In this document: positions 1-10,048 of the stretch, piece after piece
Numbering within the stretch: position 1 is the first letter of the stretch
Layout of the letters: every line of letters begins with the position of its first letter
Virus record (IMG/VR): IMGVR_UViG_3300027759_006101
Span: 124,001-188,000 of that record
Reading direction: 5' to 3' (one strand)
DNA: 64,000 bases
The notes under the pieces: generated by a model
Databases searched by the model: none
The model's input: the letters and a program-made list of their open reading frames with translations, nothing else
Told to the model about the DNA's origin: nothing
Program-made: the position numbers and the translations under genes

Positions 1-41
1 TTCTTGTGATTGGCTTGCCTTCCATTAAAGAATCTAATACT

Positions 42-266
42 TCAGTGAATTTCATCTACTATCTCCCAATCATCTTCAAGAAAATCACCACTATCAAGAG
101 CATCAAAAATACTAACATAGCTCTCAAATTTAGGATCATTTGGAACATATTCTGGGACTTCTTTGACATCAGAAAAATAAGCCCTGCACTTTATATCAGG
201 CTCCCAAGATTTTCGCCTTAATGTAAAGCCATCTTCTAATTTATCTAATGCTTCTTTACCAGTCAT
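42..266 (-). CDS. DUF2829/Tad2-like small protein
   Basis: Pattern MT.KEAL..L..G..LRRKSW ... DFLEDDWEIV matches the DUF2829 consensus (ALxxLKxGKKVxRxGW...DxLAxDWxIV). Confidence 0.65.
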   Translation of the reverse strand: MTGKEALDKLEDGFTLRRKSWEPDIKCRAYFSDVKEVPEYVPNDPKFESYVSIFDALDSGDFLEDDWEIVDEIH

Positions 267-481
267 TCTTCAATAACTTTCTTAAAAATATATTTTGCTT
301 TCATTGGCAAAATAAGATATTGAACTGTAAGCCATTCTGTGACGCCTGATTTATGTTTTACTTTATTTTGAATTTCGTTATCTTTAACACGCCAAGCTGT
401 AACGTTTGTACCGTCATCAATAGCTAAATAATATCCATCATTTAGTTTTTCAACAACATCAATAGGGATAGGTAGGCTCAT
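263..481 (-). CDS. hypothetical phage protein
   Basis: Overlaps neighbours in a tight minus-strand operon. Confidence 0.6.
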   Translation of the reverse strand: MSLPIPIDVVEKLNDGYYLAIDDGTNVTAWRVKDNEIQNKVKHKSGVTEWLTVQYLILPMKAKYIFKKVIEE

Positions 482-737
482 TTTGTTTCCTGAAAGTTTC
501 TCTTACATTTTTATCCCAAAGTAATTCAGACGCAAAACCAATAGTACCAGAATCAAAATGAACCCAGACAGTTTTACCATCATCAGATAGACTTACTTCA
601 ATAATATCATCTTTATCGTATTGAAATTCTTCACAAAAAATAGATGCTATTTCGTGTAAATATTTTCTGAATCTGACAAAACTATAGATACGACCCTTAA
701 CATATTCTTCACTATAAATTCTTTGATCAGTTTGCAT
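459..737 (-). CDS. hypothetical phage protein
   Basis: 92-aa ORF coupled to neighbours. Confidence 0.65.
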   Translation of the reverse strand: MQTDQRIYSEEYVKGRIYSFVRFRKYLHEIASIFCEEFQYDKDDIIEVSLSDDGKTVWVHFDSGTIGFASELLWDKNVRETFRKQNEPTYPY

Positions 738-915
738 AAGTGTACCTAACCAGTAAACTAACGATAAATAATAACAAAGATATAATAATTAAGAGCTTAG
801 TATTCATTTCAATAAAAGATTTGTCTTTTTCGAAAATAATTTTCCACACTCCAGCCATAAAGTAACCAACTAAAATAAAACATATAAAAGATAATGCTAA
901 TAAAAGAATAGTCAT
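727..915 (-). CDS. small two-TM membrane protein
   Basis: Two hydrophobic segments. Confidence 0.55.
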   Translation of the reverse strand: MTILLLALSFICFILVGYFMAGVWKIIFEKDKSFIEMNTKLLIIISLLLFIVSLLVRYTYAN

Positions 916-972
916 AAAAAAATCCCTATAAACAGTATACTGCCTATAAGGATTTTGTCAAGAAAATATATT

Positions 973-1161
973 TTAGACAAGTTGCCAAGTGTCTACTTTT
1001 ACATCTTCATCATTTAGATTTTTCTGCACCCAATTTGAGTTGCTGTCAAATTTCTTCATAATCTTGTTATCTTCAAACTTTATATAAACAAAATCAGAAT
1101 TTACAGGTCTTTTTGCAACAGAGCCATTCTTCACAGAAACCCACACATCATAAAAAGTCAT
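973..1161 (-). CDS. divergent DUF2829/Tad2-like protein
   Basis: MTF.DV..SVKNG.VAKR ... DVKVDTWQLV. Confidence 0.5.
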   Translation of the reverse strand: MTFYDVWVSVKNGSVAKRPVNSDFVYIKFEDNKIMKKFDSNSNWVQKNLNDEDVKVDTWQLV

Positions 1162-1202
1162 TTGTATCCACCTCTATTAGTATATTTTCAGAACAACACC
1201 TA

Positions 1203-2048
1203 CTAACCTTTCCTGTGTTCTTCTTGTATTTTATTTACTTCAGCTACAACATCCACAACTTCCCAATCATCAGCAATTAAATCTAAATAAATAATTTTAC
1301 CATATCTAGAATATTTACCGACACCCCAATCAGGATGCCAACTTTTACGTCTAATTGTTTTTCCCGCATTTAAATCGTCCAAAACATCTTTGAATGATTT
1401 ACTCTGCACCACCACCCAATCCTCAGCAAAAAGATCTACTGTGGTTATTGTAGATTCAGCATGGTCATATTTTTTAGGAAATAATGTAAGACTAGGATTG
1501 CCTTCTCTTGACATCATTTTGCCGTGCTCCAACATTTTTACAGCCCAATTAATATCTCTTTTAAGTTCTATATTATTTGTCTTAAGAAAACTATCAAAGC
1601 TACTTCCTATATGTTTATTCTCAACAGCATAAGGTAAATAATCTTCACCTAGATCTAAAGTATATGGGAAATTAGTCTTATCCAACTTAGCAGCTTTCCA
1701 AGTTTTGTCTTTATTTTGATGATGTGTAAAGTCTTTAACTTCAGCACCCCATTGTTTGGTTTCATAATAATATTTGTATGTCTTACCATTTACATAAGCA
1801 AAACCATACATTTGCCAGTTTGTACCATTTGAACGAGGATCTTCTTCTGCTAATAAACCATGGTAAATGTAGCATTCATGTTTTTGCATCATATCCATAG
1901 CAGCTGGAGTGTTATATTCACAATTTTCAATATTGCAATCGTAAATTTTACTCACACCCTTGACATTCATACTTTTACCTGTACGCTTCTCAAACTCACG
2001 AATTTTGTTGTGATAATAATCTTTTTGATTTTTAGGCGAGTTATCCAT
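1203..2048 (-). CDS. protein with two C-terminal DUF2829-like domains
   Basis: WAVKMLEHGKMMSREG..DLFAEDWVVV followed by FKDVLDDLNAGKTIRRKSW..DLIADDWEVV. Confidence 0.6.
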   Translation of the reverse strand: MDNSPKNQKDYYHNKIREFEKRTGKSMNVKGVSKIYDCNIENCEYNTPAAMDMMQKHECYIYHGLLAEEDPRSNGTNWQMYGFAYVNGKTYKYYYETKQWGAEVKDFTHHQNKDKTWKAAKLDKTNFPYTLDLGEDYLPYAVENKHIGSSFDSFLKTNNIELKRDINWAVKMLEHGKMMSREGNPSLTLFPKKYDHAESTITTVDLFAEDWVVVQSKSFKDVLDDLNAGKTIRRKSWHPDWGVGKYSRYGKIIYLDLIADDWEVVDVVAEVNKIQEEHRKG

Positions 2049-2121
2049 ATCTTATGATACCATAAAAAAATGAACTTGTAAGAATTTCTTACAAGTTCAT
2101 TAGGATAAAGAAAACTAATAA

Positions 2122-4818
2122 CTAAAACAATTTTACATTAGGAAAGCTTGTCAATACTTCAAATCCCATATTGTCCCAGTGTCTTTCATCAGCAAAAGGT
2201 CTGAAGTTGATCCAATATGCATTGTCTGGATTCCAAGTTCTTTGTTCACCAATTTCGTTCCATGTATGGTAAATCAAGTGAGTATAGTTGACATTGATTT
2301 CTTCAAATGGGAAATCAACTGGCAATGGAGAATCAGCTACTAAATATCCATCTTCAACAACTACTACTCTATTTTTTGAAACATATAAATCAAATTGAAC
2401 TCTTCTGTCCAATCCCTGCCAAGTTCTATTTAGGGGATAATCTCTTCTTTCAACACTTGGTCTAAAGAATATTTCACCCTCGTATTTACCAGAAATAGCA
2501 TTCATAGTAGATCTGTAAATGATTGCTCCTGAACGATTAGAAGAATAAGCATCCATCAATTTATTCAATGATGCTTTTGATGTTTCTTTAATCCACCAAT
2601 TATTAGGATTAAAATCAATGTCATCAATCATCTTGAATGTTCCTGGTGTCCATTCATATTCAGCAGCACCACCAAATTCAGCAAATCTAATCCAGCCAGA
2701 TTTAGGAGAATAATTTGATTCTAAATTGAAAGCTGGAAATTTATTGCTATCAAAAAACTTAGAAGATAATTTGACATTAACATCATTACCATTTTGAACT
2801 ACAGAGTTAGCAACAAATGTACCAACCTTATATTCAGTGAGATGATTAACACTTCTATAAGGAGCTGGGTAAGAATAAATACTTTCTCTATCAGCAAACT
2901 TCACTGGTACTCTAAATGATTTTCTTGAACCATCTGTATTGTAGCCAGTGTCAACATTCATAGAGTGCCCACCAGCGCCAATCGCCCATCTAAATAATTT
3001 ACCTGATTTTGTATTCTGTCCAATTTTATCTGCTGCTTTTCCAGAATATACAATTTCTCCAGCAGGTAATAAAAGAATATCGCACCATCTTCTGCCACTA
3101 AAATGGGGATCAACTTCAAATGTTAGGTGTAACACTTTGTCTCCAGATATATTTGCAGTTTTCTTTGGGCTCATCAACATTACACCATTGCTTACGTGAG
3201 AAGGTGTAGATGACTGTCCTAAAGTTCCACCATCATATATTGTATCCATGAAGTGAGAACCCATTAAGAATACAGTTGAAGCAGATGTATCAAGATCATC
3301 TAAGAAGAATGACCATTTATCATTTTCATACCATCTTAGAATGACATCACTTTTGTTCCAATATTGCCAATTTCTTCCAAATCTTTGTTCAACCACATCC
3401 ATCTTTTGTGGCATTTGAACAATAGGTTTGAAGTCTCTAAAGTTGTCAAAGAAAACTTGTTCACCAGTTAAGGTTTTTTGTATCGTGATTACTTTGTATG
3501 GTGCTGATTTTGCAAGCACTATTGGATTATTAGATGGATCACCGTGTCCATTAACACCAACATGAACTTCGCCACTTGGACCACTTGCACCAGGTCCAAT
3601 GACACCATCAATTTGTTGATATGGTCCAAACTTATCTAATGCTTCAACAATTAGATTATATGATTGATTACTTACCAAACCATTCATCTCAACCATATTG
3701 TAGCCAGAAGAATATTTGACTGAATTTGGATTGTTTTCTACATAAACTTTGTAGTCAACAGCGCCTGGAACTAAATCAAACTTCACAACAACACTGTCAT
3801 CATTAGGAGTATATCCAGTAATATTGACAGGAGTTGAGATTGGTTCAAGTGGACCAAATCTAGTTATAATGTCTGCTGCTGGACCGAATGTTTCTTGTGT
3901 TGTAAAATGATTTCTATTCACAGAAGCAATAACATATCTATAAGTTTTGCCAGAGATAACATCTTTGTCTATGTAATATTGAGACCATAAATTAGATGCA
4001 ATTAGTTTTCCATCTCTATAAATATTATATGCGCCAGGAGCATCTTGGCCATATACTTGTTGATCTTGCCATTTGATGAAGTTTCTTGGCTTGCCATTAT
4101 TCCATTCTGCAGCAGTGACATATTTTCCAGGAGTTGATGGTGGTCTTGTAGTCCATCCAAAATTATAATTAGGAGCAAAGTCACCTCTTGCTAAACTTAA
4201 AGCAGAAGGAAAAGATTCTAATCCATTTTTGTCAACAGCAGTAACTGTATATGTCCAGCCTTCACCAAATATAAGCTGGCTTACTGTAAATGAATTAGTA
4301 TTGGAAGAACCAATCTTTTGACTATATCTATAAATATTATAAGATACAGCATCAGAATTAGCGTCCCAAACCAATTGATCATAAGCACCATAATTCCATA
4401 ATCCAAATGTTCTTAAGTTAGTGGGAGCTTCGGGATTCTTAAGATCTAATAAAGGAATAATCGCAGTAGATTTATTTGATAATTGTAAATATCCTGATGG
4501 GACTACACCACAAACATAGTAATCCCATTTTTCCTGATACTTTACATTTCTGTCAATAAAAATATTCTCGTTATTTGTAAGTTTGGCATAAGGTTTATTG
4601 TAATCAGGCTTCACACCTTGGCCAACTCTATATACAAAATAGCGAGTACATTTGGGTATTAAATCCCAACGCATCTTGACATGATAATTACTAGGAGTAC
4701 CAACGCAATAGCATAATTCTACTTGCGTTGAAAAGTTTTTTACTTGTGGTGGTTTTTGCCCCAGCGCACAAGAAATAAAGGTGTATAAAAACACAAATAA
4801 AACAATAGCTTTCTTCAT
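2122..4818 (-). CDS. large secreted fibronectin type III domain protein
   Basis: N-terminal signal peptide; repeated FN3 motifs (LVWDA..SYNIYR..YTVTAVD..GLES; YNIYRDG..YIDKDV.SGKTYRYVI). Confidence 0.7.
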   Translation of the reverse strand: MKKAIVLFVFLYTFISCALGQKPPQVKNFSTQVELCYCVGTPSNYHVKMRWDLIPKCTRYFVYRVGQGVKPDYNKPYAKLTNNENIFIDRNVKYQEKWDYYVCGVVPSGYLQLSNKSTAIIPLLDLKNPEAPTNLRTFGLWNYGAYDQLVWDANSDAVSYNIYRYSQKIGSSNTNSFTVSQLIFGEGWTYTVTAVDKNGLESFPSALSLARGDFAPNYNFGWTTRPPSTPGKYVTAAEWNNGKPRNFIKWQDQQVYGQDAPGAYNIYRDGKLIASNLWSQYYIDKDVISGKTYRYVIASVNRNHFTTQETFGPAADIITRFGPLEPISTPVNITGYTPNDDSVVVKFDLVPGAVDYKVYVENNPNSVKYSSGYNMVEMNGLVSNQSYNLIVEALDKFGPYQQIDGVIGPGASGPSGEVHVGVNGHGDPSNNPIVLAKSAPYKVITIQKTLTGEQVFFDNFRDFKPIVQMPQKMDVVEQRFGRNWQYWNKSDVILRWYENDKWSFFLDDLDTSASTVFLMGSHFMDTIYDGGTLGQSSTPSHVSNGVMLMSPKKTANISGDKVLHLTFEVDPHFSGRRWCDILLLPAGEIVYSGKAADKIGQNTKSGKLFRWAIGAGGHSMNVDTGYNTDGSRKSFRVPVKFADRESIYSYPAPYRSVNHLTEYKVGTFVANSVVQNGNDVNVKLSSKFFDSNKFPAFNLESNYSPKSGWIRFAEFGGAAEYEWTPGTFKMIDDIDFNPNNWWIKETSKASLNKLMDAYSSNRSGAIIYRSTMNAISGKYEGEIFFRPSVERRDYPLNRTWQGLDRRVQFDLYVSKNRVVVVEDGYLVADSPLPVDFPFEEINVNYTHLIYHTWNEIGEQRTWNPDNAYWINFRPFADERHWDNMGFEVLTSFPNVKLF

Positions 4819-4912
4819 TTTAATACCTCCCCAGGTTTATTTTTTAAGATGAGAGCTATTGTTTTATTCTTTTTTTTACTAACAGCAAACTTGTAGATAT
4901 ATCCTTGATTGA

Positions 4913-5638
4913 CTATCTGTAAGCGATGAATCCAAAGTGTTCAATGTCTTCATACAGATTGTAACCGTGAAATTTAAATTTCTGTGTAAGTTCAGCATAA
5001 TTTTGCTGCATAGATTTGCCATTGATGTGAGCAGTGTGATGACACTCTACCCAGTATCTTCCAACTTTATCCTTGAGTTGTTCTATTAACTCATCAGTAA
5101 AGATGTTGACTTCTTCTCCTTCAATATCCATCTTACAAACGTCTAAGAAATCAATATTGTTTGCTTCAAGGAATGATGGAAGTGTGAATGTTCTAACAAC
5201 TAACTGAATTTTAGTGTTACCTGCTGGAGCTCTGTTGTGAATTGTTGACTGCCCTGTTGCTTCTGGAAAAAAATAAAAATTAGTTGAACCATCTTGTGTT
5301 GAGATAGCACAATTATGAATTTTTACATTGTCAACTTCTTTTGAAAATTCCTTAATTGTTCTGCATAATACTGAACTTGGCTCAATTGCGTGAACAGTTT
5401 TGCATTTAGGGGAACAATAAAGTGAAAAAAGACCACCATTAGAACCAATATCCAAAACTGTAAGATTTTCTGATAAACCATCAAACAGTTGGTCAAAAAT
5501 ATATTTAGATGAACTAATAAATGGTAAATATTTGCTTTCTGGAGAAGCAAATTCATCTAAAATTCTTTTAGTGACATCATTGTATGATAATTCTAAATCA
5601 GAATCATCTATTCTCTTAATTAAATAAAAATCTTCCAT
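4913..5638 (-). CDS. FkbM-family SAM methyltransferase
   Basis: VLDIGSNGGLFS, AIEP and KMDIEGEE motifs. Confidence 0.85.
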   Translation of the reverse strand: MEDFYLIKRIDDSDLELSYNDVTKRILDEFASPESKYLPFISSSKYIFDQLFDGLSENLTVLDIGSNGGLFSLYCSPKCKTVHAIEPSSVLCRTIKEFSKEVDNVKIHNCAISTQDGSTNFYFFPEATGQSTIHNRAPAGNTKIQLVVRTFTLPSFLEANNIDFLDVCKMDIEGEEVNIFTDELIEQLKDKVGRYWVECHHTAHINGKSMQQNYAELTQKFKFHGYNLYEDIEHFGFIAYR

Positions 5639-5658
5639 AAATAAATTATACTCACAAT

Positions 5659-5892
5659 TTAGAGATTATCAAATTCCACTTCTTCGTAAATTTCCCAAAC
5701 AGGCCCAGCATTATCTAAAATATGTGTATGTAGTTTAATGAAATCTTCCCAGGAATAATAAAACAGATTTCCTAAACTGTCCATAAGTATTTCTTCATCC
5801 CTGTAAATGTAATAAGCTTCAGGCCATCTTTTGTATCTAACTTTTAAATTAAGCGCAATTAATGGACGAGTTATTTCACTAAATAATTTCAT
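5659..5892 (-). CDS. hypothetical protein (weak DUF2829-like pattern)
   Basis: KVRYKRWP...WEIYEE; coupled to the exonuclease gene. Confidence 0.5.
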   Translation of the reverse strand: MKLFSEITRPLIALNLKVRYKRWPEAYYIYRDEEILMDSLGNLFYYSWEDFIKLHTHILDNAGPVWEIYEEVEFDNL

Positions 5893-6439
5893 TTCTTGTT
5901 TTCTTTATGAGATTTACCAACACTCTTGCTGCATTGTAAGAGTCCCAATATGGATCATGCTTATCTCCATCAAACTTGCAACCCATTTCAGCCAAAGAAC
6001 GATCCAAACCATTGTTGTGAGATTTTCCAGAGAGCACAGAATACAACAATGATATATTTATGTATTCATTTGAGAATGGATATTTACAATCTTTATCCCT
6101 ACATTCATAATGCATGAACTCATTGTCATTTCCCCAAGCTGCACAAGGAAAAGATTTAGTTTTGAACTTATCCGAAATACTCTTGCACATAAATTCAAAT
6201 TCAACACCATTTTCAGCTTGCTCTTTAGTAATACCTGTAATACGTGTGCAATATTCAGAAATTTCACTTCTTACAGGCTTGCACACCATATGAAACTTAT
6301 CAGAAATTGCTAAAGTCTTGAGGTCTAAAATACAGGCCCCAAGACTTATCACCTCTCTCCACTTATAAGCATTGTCTCTTCCCTCCCAACACGTAGCTTC
6401 AAGGTCAAAAACAATGATTTTCTCACAACTAAACATCAA
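5879..6439 (-). CDS. DEDDh 3'-5' exonuclease (ERI1/KapD-like)
   Basis: VFDLEATCW, CTRITGIT, WGND and H..YWDSYN motifs. Confidence 0.85.
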   Translation of the reverse strand: MMFSCEKIIVFDLEATCWEGRDNAYKWREVISLGACILDLKTLAISDKFHMVCKPVRSEISEYCTRITGITKEQAENGVEFEFMCKSISDKFKTKSFPCAAWGNDNEFMHYECRDKDCKYPFSNEYINISLLYSVLSGKSHNNGLDRSLAEMGCKFDGDKHDPYWDSYNAARVLVNLIKKTRNEII

Positions 6440-6444
6440 AAATC

Positions 6445-7041
6445 CTATCTATGATCTAGTAAAACAAGATCATAATCCACACCAGTACCATTCCAATATT
6501 GATCCCTAAAGTTATCAATAGCCTCATAATATTCCGCTCTGTCATCAAACCTTATTATTATAGGCTCAGCTCCAAGATCAGTCAAGATTTTTTGTATTAG
6601 TAATCTTCCAGTTCTTCCATTGCCATCAATAAAAGGATGCACAACCTCAAAATAATGGTGTGAAAGTAAAGCAGCGTCTAAAGGGCTGATTTTATTATCA
6701 TTAGCAGAATCAATTAGTCTTTTGGTAAAGTCATACCAATTATCCATCAAATTAGGAATGACAACAGGATTCGGACATATGTCGTGACCAATCCACACAT
6801 CCACAGTTCTATATTGTCCAGAATTACCATTTTCAAAAAATGGAATATTCTTTGTCAAAAACCTATGCAAATCGAGAGGAGTGTGTTTCGTCAATTCCCA
6901 GCCTGAGGATAGTGCGAAATTTAAAGCACTCATATGATTATTATATAAGGTACAACCAGAATGAGTTCCCACATAACCAGGCTGAGGATCAATCAAATTA
7001 CTCTCATAAACAAATGTATGTTTCCAAGAATTACAAAACAT
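6445..7041 (-). CDS. Fic-family AMP transferase
   Basis: Canonical HPFIDGNGRTGR motif. Confidence 0.9.
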   Translation of the reverse strand: MFCNSWKHTFVYESNLIDPQPGYVGTHSGCTLYNNHMSALNFALSSGWELTKHTPLDLHRFLTKNIPFFENGNSGQYRTVDVWIGHDICPNPVVIPNLMDNWYDFTKRLIDSANDNKISPLDAALLSHHYFEVVHPFIDGNGRTGRLLIQKILTDLGAEPIIIRFDDRAEYYEAIDNFRDQYWNGTGVDYDLVLLDHR

Positions 7042-7135
7042 TTAAATACCTCATTTCTTAATACTTTTCGAAAGCAATTCTTATTATATCGCAGAATATA
7101 ATTAAGTGACACATTAATGTAAAGGAGAAAAATTT

Positions 7136-7330
7136 ATGTCCTTGTTATCAAAATTATTGAAGAAAACTGTAGGCATTCCAGAAGTTAATATCAACAAACT
7201 TCCTTTCGCAAACAAAATTGTCGGCGATTGGGAGAAAAAGTCTATGGAAGACTTAGTAAAACAATTACCAAAAGAAACTATCACTAGGCTAATAGAAGTT
7301 TGTAACTCAGAATTAAAATCTAGATTGTAA
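7136..7330 (+). CDS. hypothetical protein
   Basis: AAGGAG RBS upstream. Confidence 0.6.
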   Translation: MSLLSKLLKKTVGIPEVNINKLPFANKIVGDWEKKSMEDLVKQLPKETITRLIEVCNSELKSRL

Positions 7331-7480
7331 AAAATCAGTCTATCTCATTGAAGTAGTTTGGAGGGAAATTATGGACAATGACAAAAGACGTAAAGATGCT
7401 GTTTTTGTAATACTGTATAGCGTAGTGGGATATTTGCTTATTCTACTAGTAGCAAGATAAACTTTAAGTATAAGTAATCT

Positions 7481-8260
7481 ATGCACGAGTACTTAAATGA
7501 AGATTGTTTAACTTATATAAAATCATTAAAAGAAAATTCGATTGATCTTATTCTCACCGATCCGCCTTACTTTATTGGGTTTGATGGTGGTAAAGGATGG
7601 GATAAACAATGGAACTCAGATGATTCTTATTTAGATTGGTGCGAAAAATGGTCAAAAGAATGTGCCAGAGTACTCAAACCTAATAAGATGATGTGTGTAT
7701 TTGGAACCTTAAAATACAATACTTTTTTGCGTTATAGATTAGAAGTTTTAGATAAACTTCCAAACTTCTATCAACAACCAGAAATAATCTGGTCCTACAA
7801 TTGGGGCGGAAGAAGTAAAACAAACTTTGCTAGAAAACACGAATTTATTTGGTGCTACTCTAAAGAAAAAACTTTTACTTTTAATGCAGATAGTGTAAGA
7901 ACAGAAAGAAAACAAAAAGTTAATATCAGAACAGGAAAAGAATACGAACAAGGTACTATTCCAACTTGTGTCTGGGAAAAGAATAATCACACAACAAGCA
8001 AAGAATACTGCAATTGGCATCCTACTCAAAAACCAATAAGCATACTAGAAAGATTTATTCTCGCATATACAAATCCAGGAGAAACAGTACTAGACCTATT
8101 TAATGGCGCTGGATCCACTATGATAGCCTGCGAAAATACTGGAAGAAATTTCAAAGGATGCGAAATAGATACTGAGTATTATGAACTGTCAATTGCAAGA
8201 TATACAGAACTTACTGGCAAACAATATAACAATAACTTAATAAAATTACCAGGCAACTAA
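7481..8260 (+). CDS. N4/N6 DNA methyltransferase (beta class), orphan
   Basis: DPPY precedes HPTQKP and LDLFNGAGST. Confidence 0.9.
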   Translation: MHEYLNEDCLTYIKSLKENSIDLILTDPPYFIGFDGGKGWDKQWNSDDSYLDWCEKWSKECARVLKPNKMMCVFGTLKYNTFLRYRLEVLDKLPNFYQQPEIIWSYNWGGRSKTNFARKHEFIWCYSKEKTFTFNADSVRTERKQKVNIRTGKEYEQGTIPTCVWEKNNHTTSKEYCNWHPTQKPISILERFILAYTNPGETVLDLFNGAGSTMIACENTGRNFKGCEIDTEYYELSIARYTELTGKQYNNNLIKLPGN

Positions 8261-8344
8261 AACCAAAGCAAGGTATTATATATATAGAGCATTGAAGCCC
8301 TATCCATTTTCAGGATAGGGCTTTTTTATTTAGAGGAGATTATA

Positions 8345-8575
8345 ATGAAACTAAACTTTGAAAAAATATTTTTTTACTTTATGCTTGTAATTGTTAGTGG
8401 TAGTATTGGATATGCAATTAAACCAGAACCAGTGAAAGAAAATTCAAACTCATCTCAAATTAGAGAATGTGTTCAAGCTATGCATATGATGTCTGACGCA
8501 TCAAAGAAAAATTATTACACTTCAACAGCCAAATCAAAAAAACAAGTAGCTATAGAAAGGATGATGAGTAGATGA
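8345..8575 (+). CDS. small membrane-anchored protein (paralog A)
   Basis: N-terminal TM; C-terminus KKQVAIERMMSR resembles that of 8673..8903. Confidence 0.6.
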   Translation: MKLNFEKIFFYFMLVIVSGSIGYAIKPEPVKENSNSSQIRECVQAMHMMSDASKKNYYTSTAKSKKQVAIERMMSR

Positions 8576-8672
8576 TAAACAATTTTTCTTTATTCTGCTT
8601 CTTATATGCAGAAGAATTTGAACATAATCAATTAAACGAACTTATATCAAGTTTTTTCAGTTTCAAAAACAA

Positions 8673-8903
8673 ATGAAAAATAAACAAGATATGTTAGTAG
8701 GAATAATCACAATCATTGCAACAATAGTAGCAATGATTTTTTCCCTTAACTATACTTCAAAAGTCTTAACCGAAAATGCACACAGAAATACTGTCCCAAT
8801 AATAATAGATAAAAAAGATCCAAAATTCCAAATAAAAAACTGGGGAATGAATAGAACAAGGACAAAAAAAGACGCTGCAATAGAAAGAATGATGAGCAAA
8901 TAA
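8673..8903 (+). CDS. small membrane-anchored protein (paralog B)
   Basis: N-terminal TM; C-terminus KKDAAIERMMSK. Confidence 0.6.
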   Translation: MKNKQDMLVGIITIIATIVAMIFSLNYTSKVLTENAHRNTVPIIIDKKDPKFQIKNWGMNRTRTKKDAAIERMMSK

Positions 8904-8928
8904 ATACTTAATATGGTATTATGAGAAT

Positions 8929-9156
8929 ATGAACGCAAATCAATTCAAAAATCTCAGCTTAGTATGTTTAGTACTAGGCTTCGTCTCAATCGCTGGATCA
9001 ATCGCAATCTGGTACCTTACTGGCGGAAAATCAATGGAAGCACAAGCACACGGAGAAAGATTTGGAATCTTTGTCGGACTCTGGGCTCCAACATTTATGA
9101 TCCTCTCCAACCGATTTGATAGATATTCTGAAAGCAAGAATGATACAACAGCGTAA
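8929..9156 (+). CDS. small two-TM membrane protein
   Basis: Two TMs, ERFGIFVGLWAPTF. Confidence 0.65.
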   Translation: MNANQFKNLSLVCLVLGFVSIAGSIAIWYLTGGKSMEAQAHGERFGIFVGLWAPTFMILSNRFDRYSESKNDTTA

Positions 9157-9254
9157 ACTCGTAGATTTTATATTCGGACTAATCGTAGTAGTATCAACAA
9201 TTATTATCCTAAAAGTTGCTTGCGATTAATTTTTAGGTATAATAGTTTTGATGG

Positions 9255-9329
9255 TCCTCAGTAGCTCAGTGGTAGTTCAGCATTCGCCTGTTAAGCGAAA
9301 GGTCGTTGGTTCGATCCCAACCTGAGGAG
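9255..9329 (+). tRNA. tRNA-Asn(GTT)
   Basis: TCCTCAG/CTGAGGA acceptor, TTCGC-CTGTTAA-GCGAA anticodon arm, GGTTCGATCC T-arm; no encoded CCA. Confidence 0.9.
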
Positions 9330-9404
9330 TTCGATCCCTACTTATAAAGTAGGGATTTTCTTTTTAAAGGAATATATTTTCTTTTTTCAGTATAAACATA
9401 GTGG

Positions 9405-9938
9405 TTGAACAAAAATATAACAACCACTAGGAAAATGAAAATGAGAAAATGTTTGAATTGCGAAAAACAAGTCCCAAGATTGGCTTGGATTGATGGGAAA
9501 AAAAGAAATTTAAATAACAGAAAATATTGTTTTGAATGTTCACCATTTGGTCAACATAATACAAGAAAAATACACGATCCAGCTTCAGCTAGTACTCCAA
9601 TTTATGAATGTAGAATTTGCAGCAAAACTTATCAAGGTGGTCATGGTCAATCCAAAGGAGTTTGTTCATCTTGTAGAGTTTCTGCATCTAGAAGAAATAA
9701 AAAAACTGCTTTAATTGAATATAAAGGTGGGAAGTGTATAGTTTGCAATTATAATAATTGCCAACAAGCTTTGCAGTTCCATCACAAAGATCCAAACGAA
9801 AAAGAATTTGCAGTAGCTAACTCTGGTACATTGGATATTGAAAAATTAAAAGCAGAAGTTGATAAGTGTCTTTTAGTTTGTTCAAATTGCCACGTAGAAA
9901 TTCACGCTGGATTAGTTGACATAAGTAAATTTAGTTAG
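9405..9938 (+). CDS. HNH homing endonuclease with Zn ribbons
   Basis: Several CxxC; ALQFHHKDP...KCLLVCSNCHVEIH; lies between two tRNAs. Confidence 0.8.
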   Translation: MNKNITTTRKMKMRKCLNCEKQVPRLAWIDGKKRNLNNRKYCFECSPFGQHNTRKIHDPASASTPIYECRICSKTYQGGHGQSKGVCSSCRVSASRRNKKTALIEYKGGKCIVCNYNNCQQALQFHHKDPNEKEFAVANSGTLDIEKLKAEVDKCLLVCSNCHVEIHAGLVDISKFS

Positions 9939-9953
9939 TATAATCTTTGTAAT

Positions 9954-10026
9954 GGTCTGTTAGTCGAGTGGTTAAGATGCGTCCCTTTCACGGATGAGAT
10001 CAGGGGTTCGATCCCCCTACAGACTA
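9954..10026 (+). tRNA. tRNA-Glu(TTC)
   Basis: GGTCTGT/ACAGACT acceptor, CGTCC-CTTTCAC-GGATG, AGGGGTTCGATCCCCCT. Confidence 0.9.
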
Positions 10027-10048
10027 TTTTAATTTTTCGAGGCTTAAA

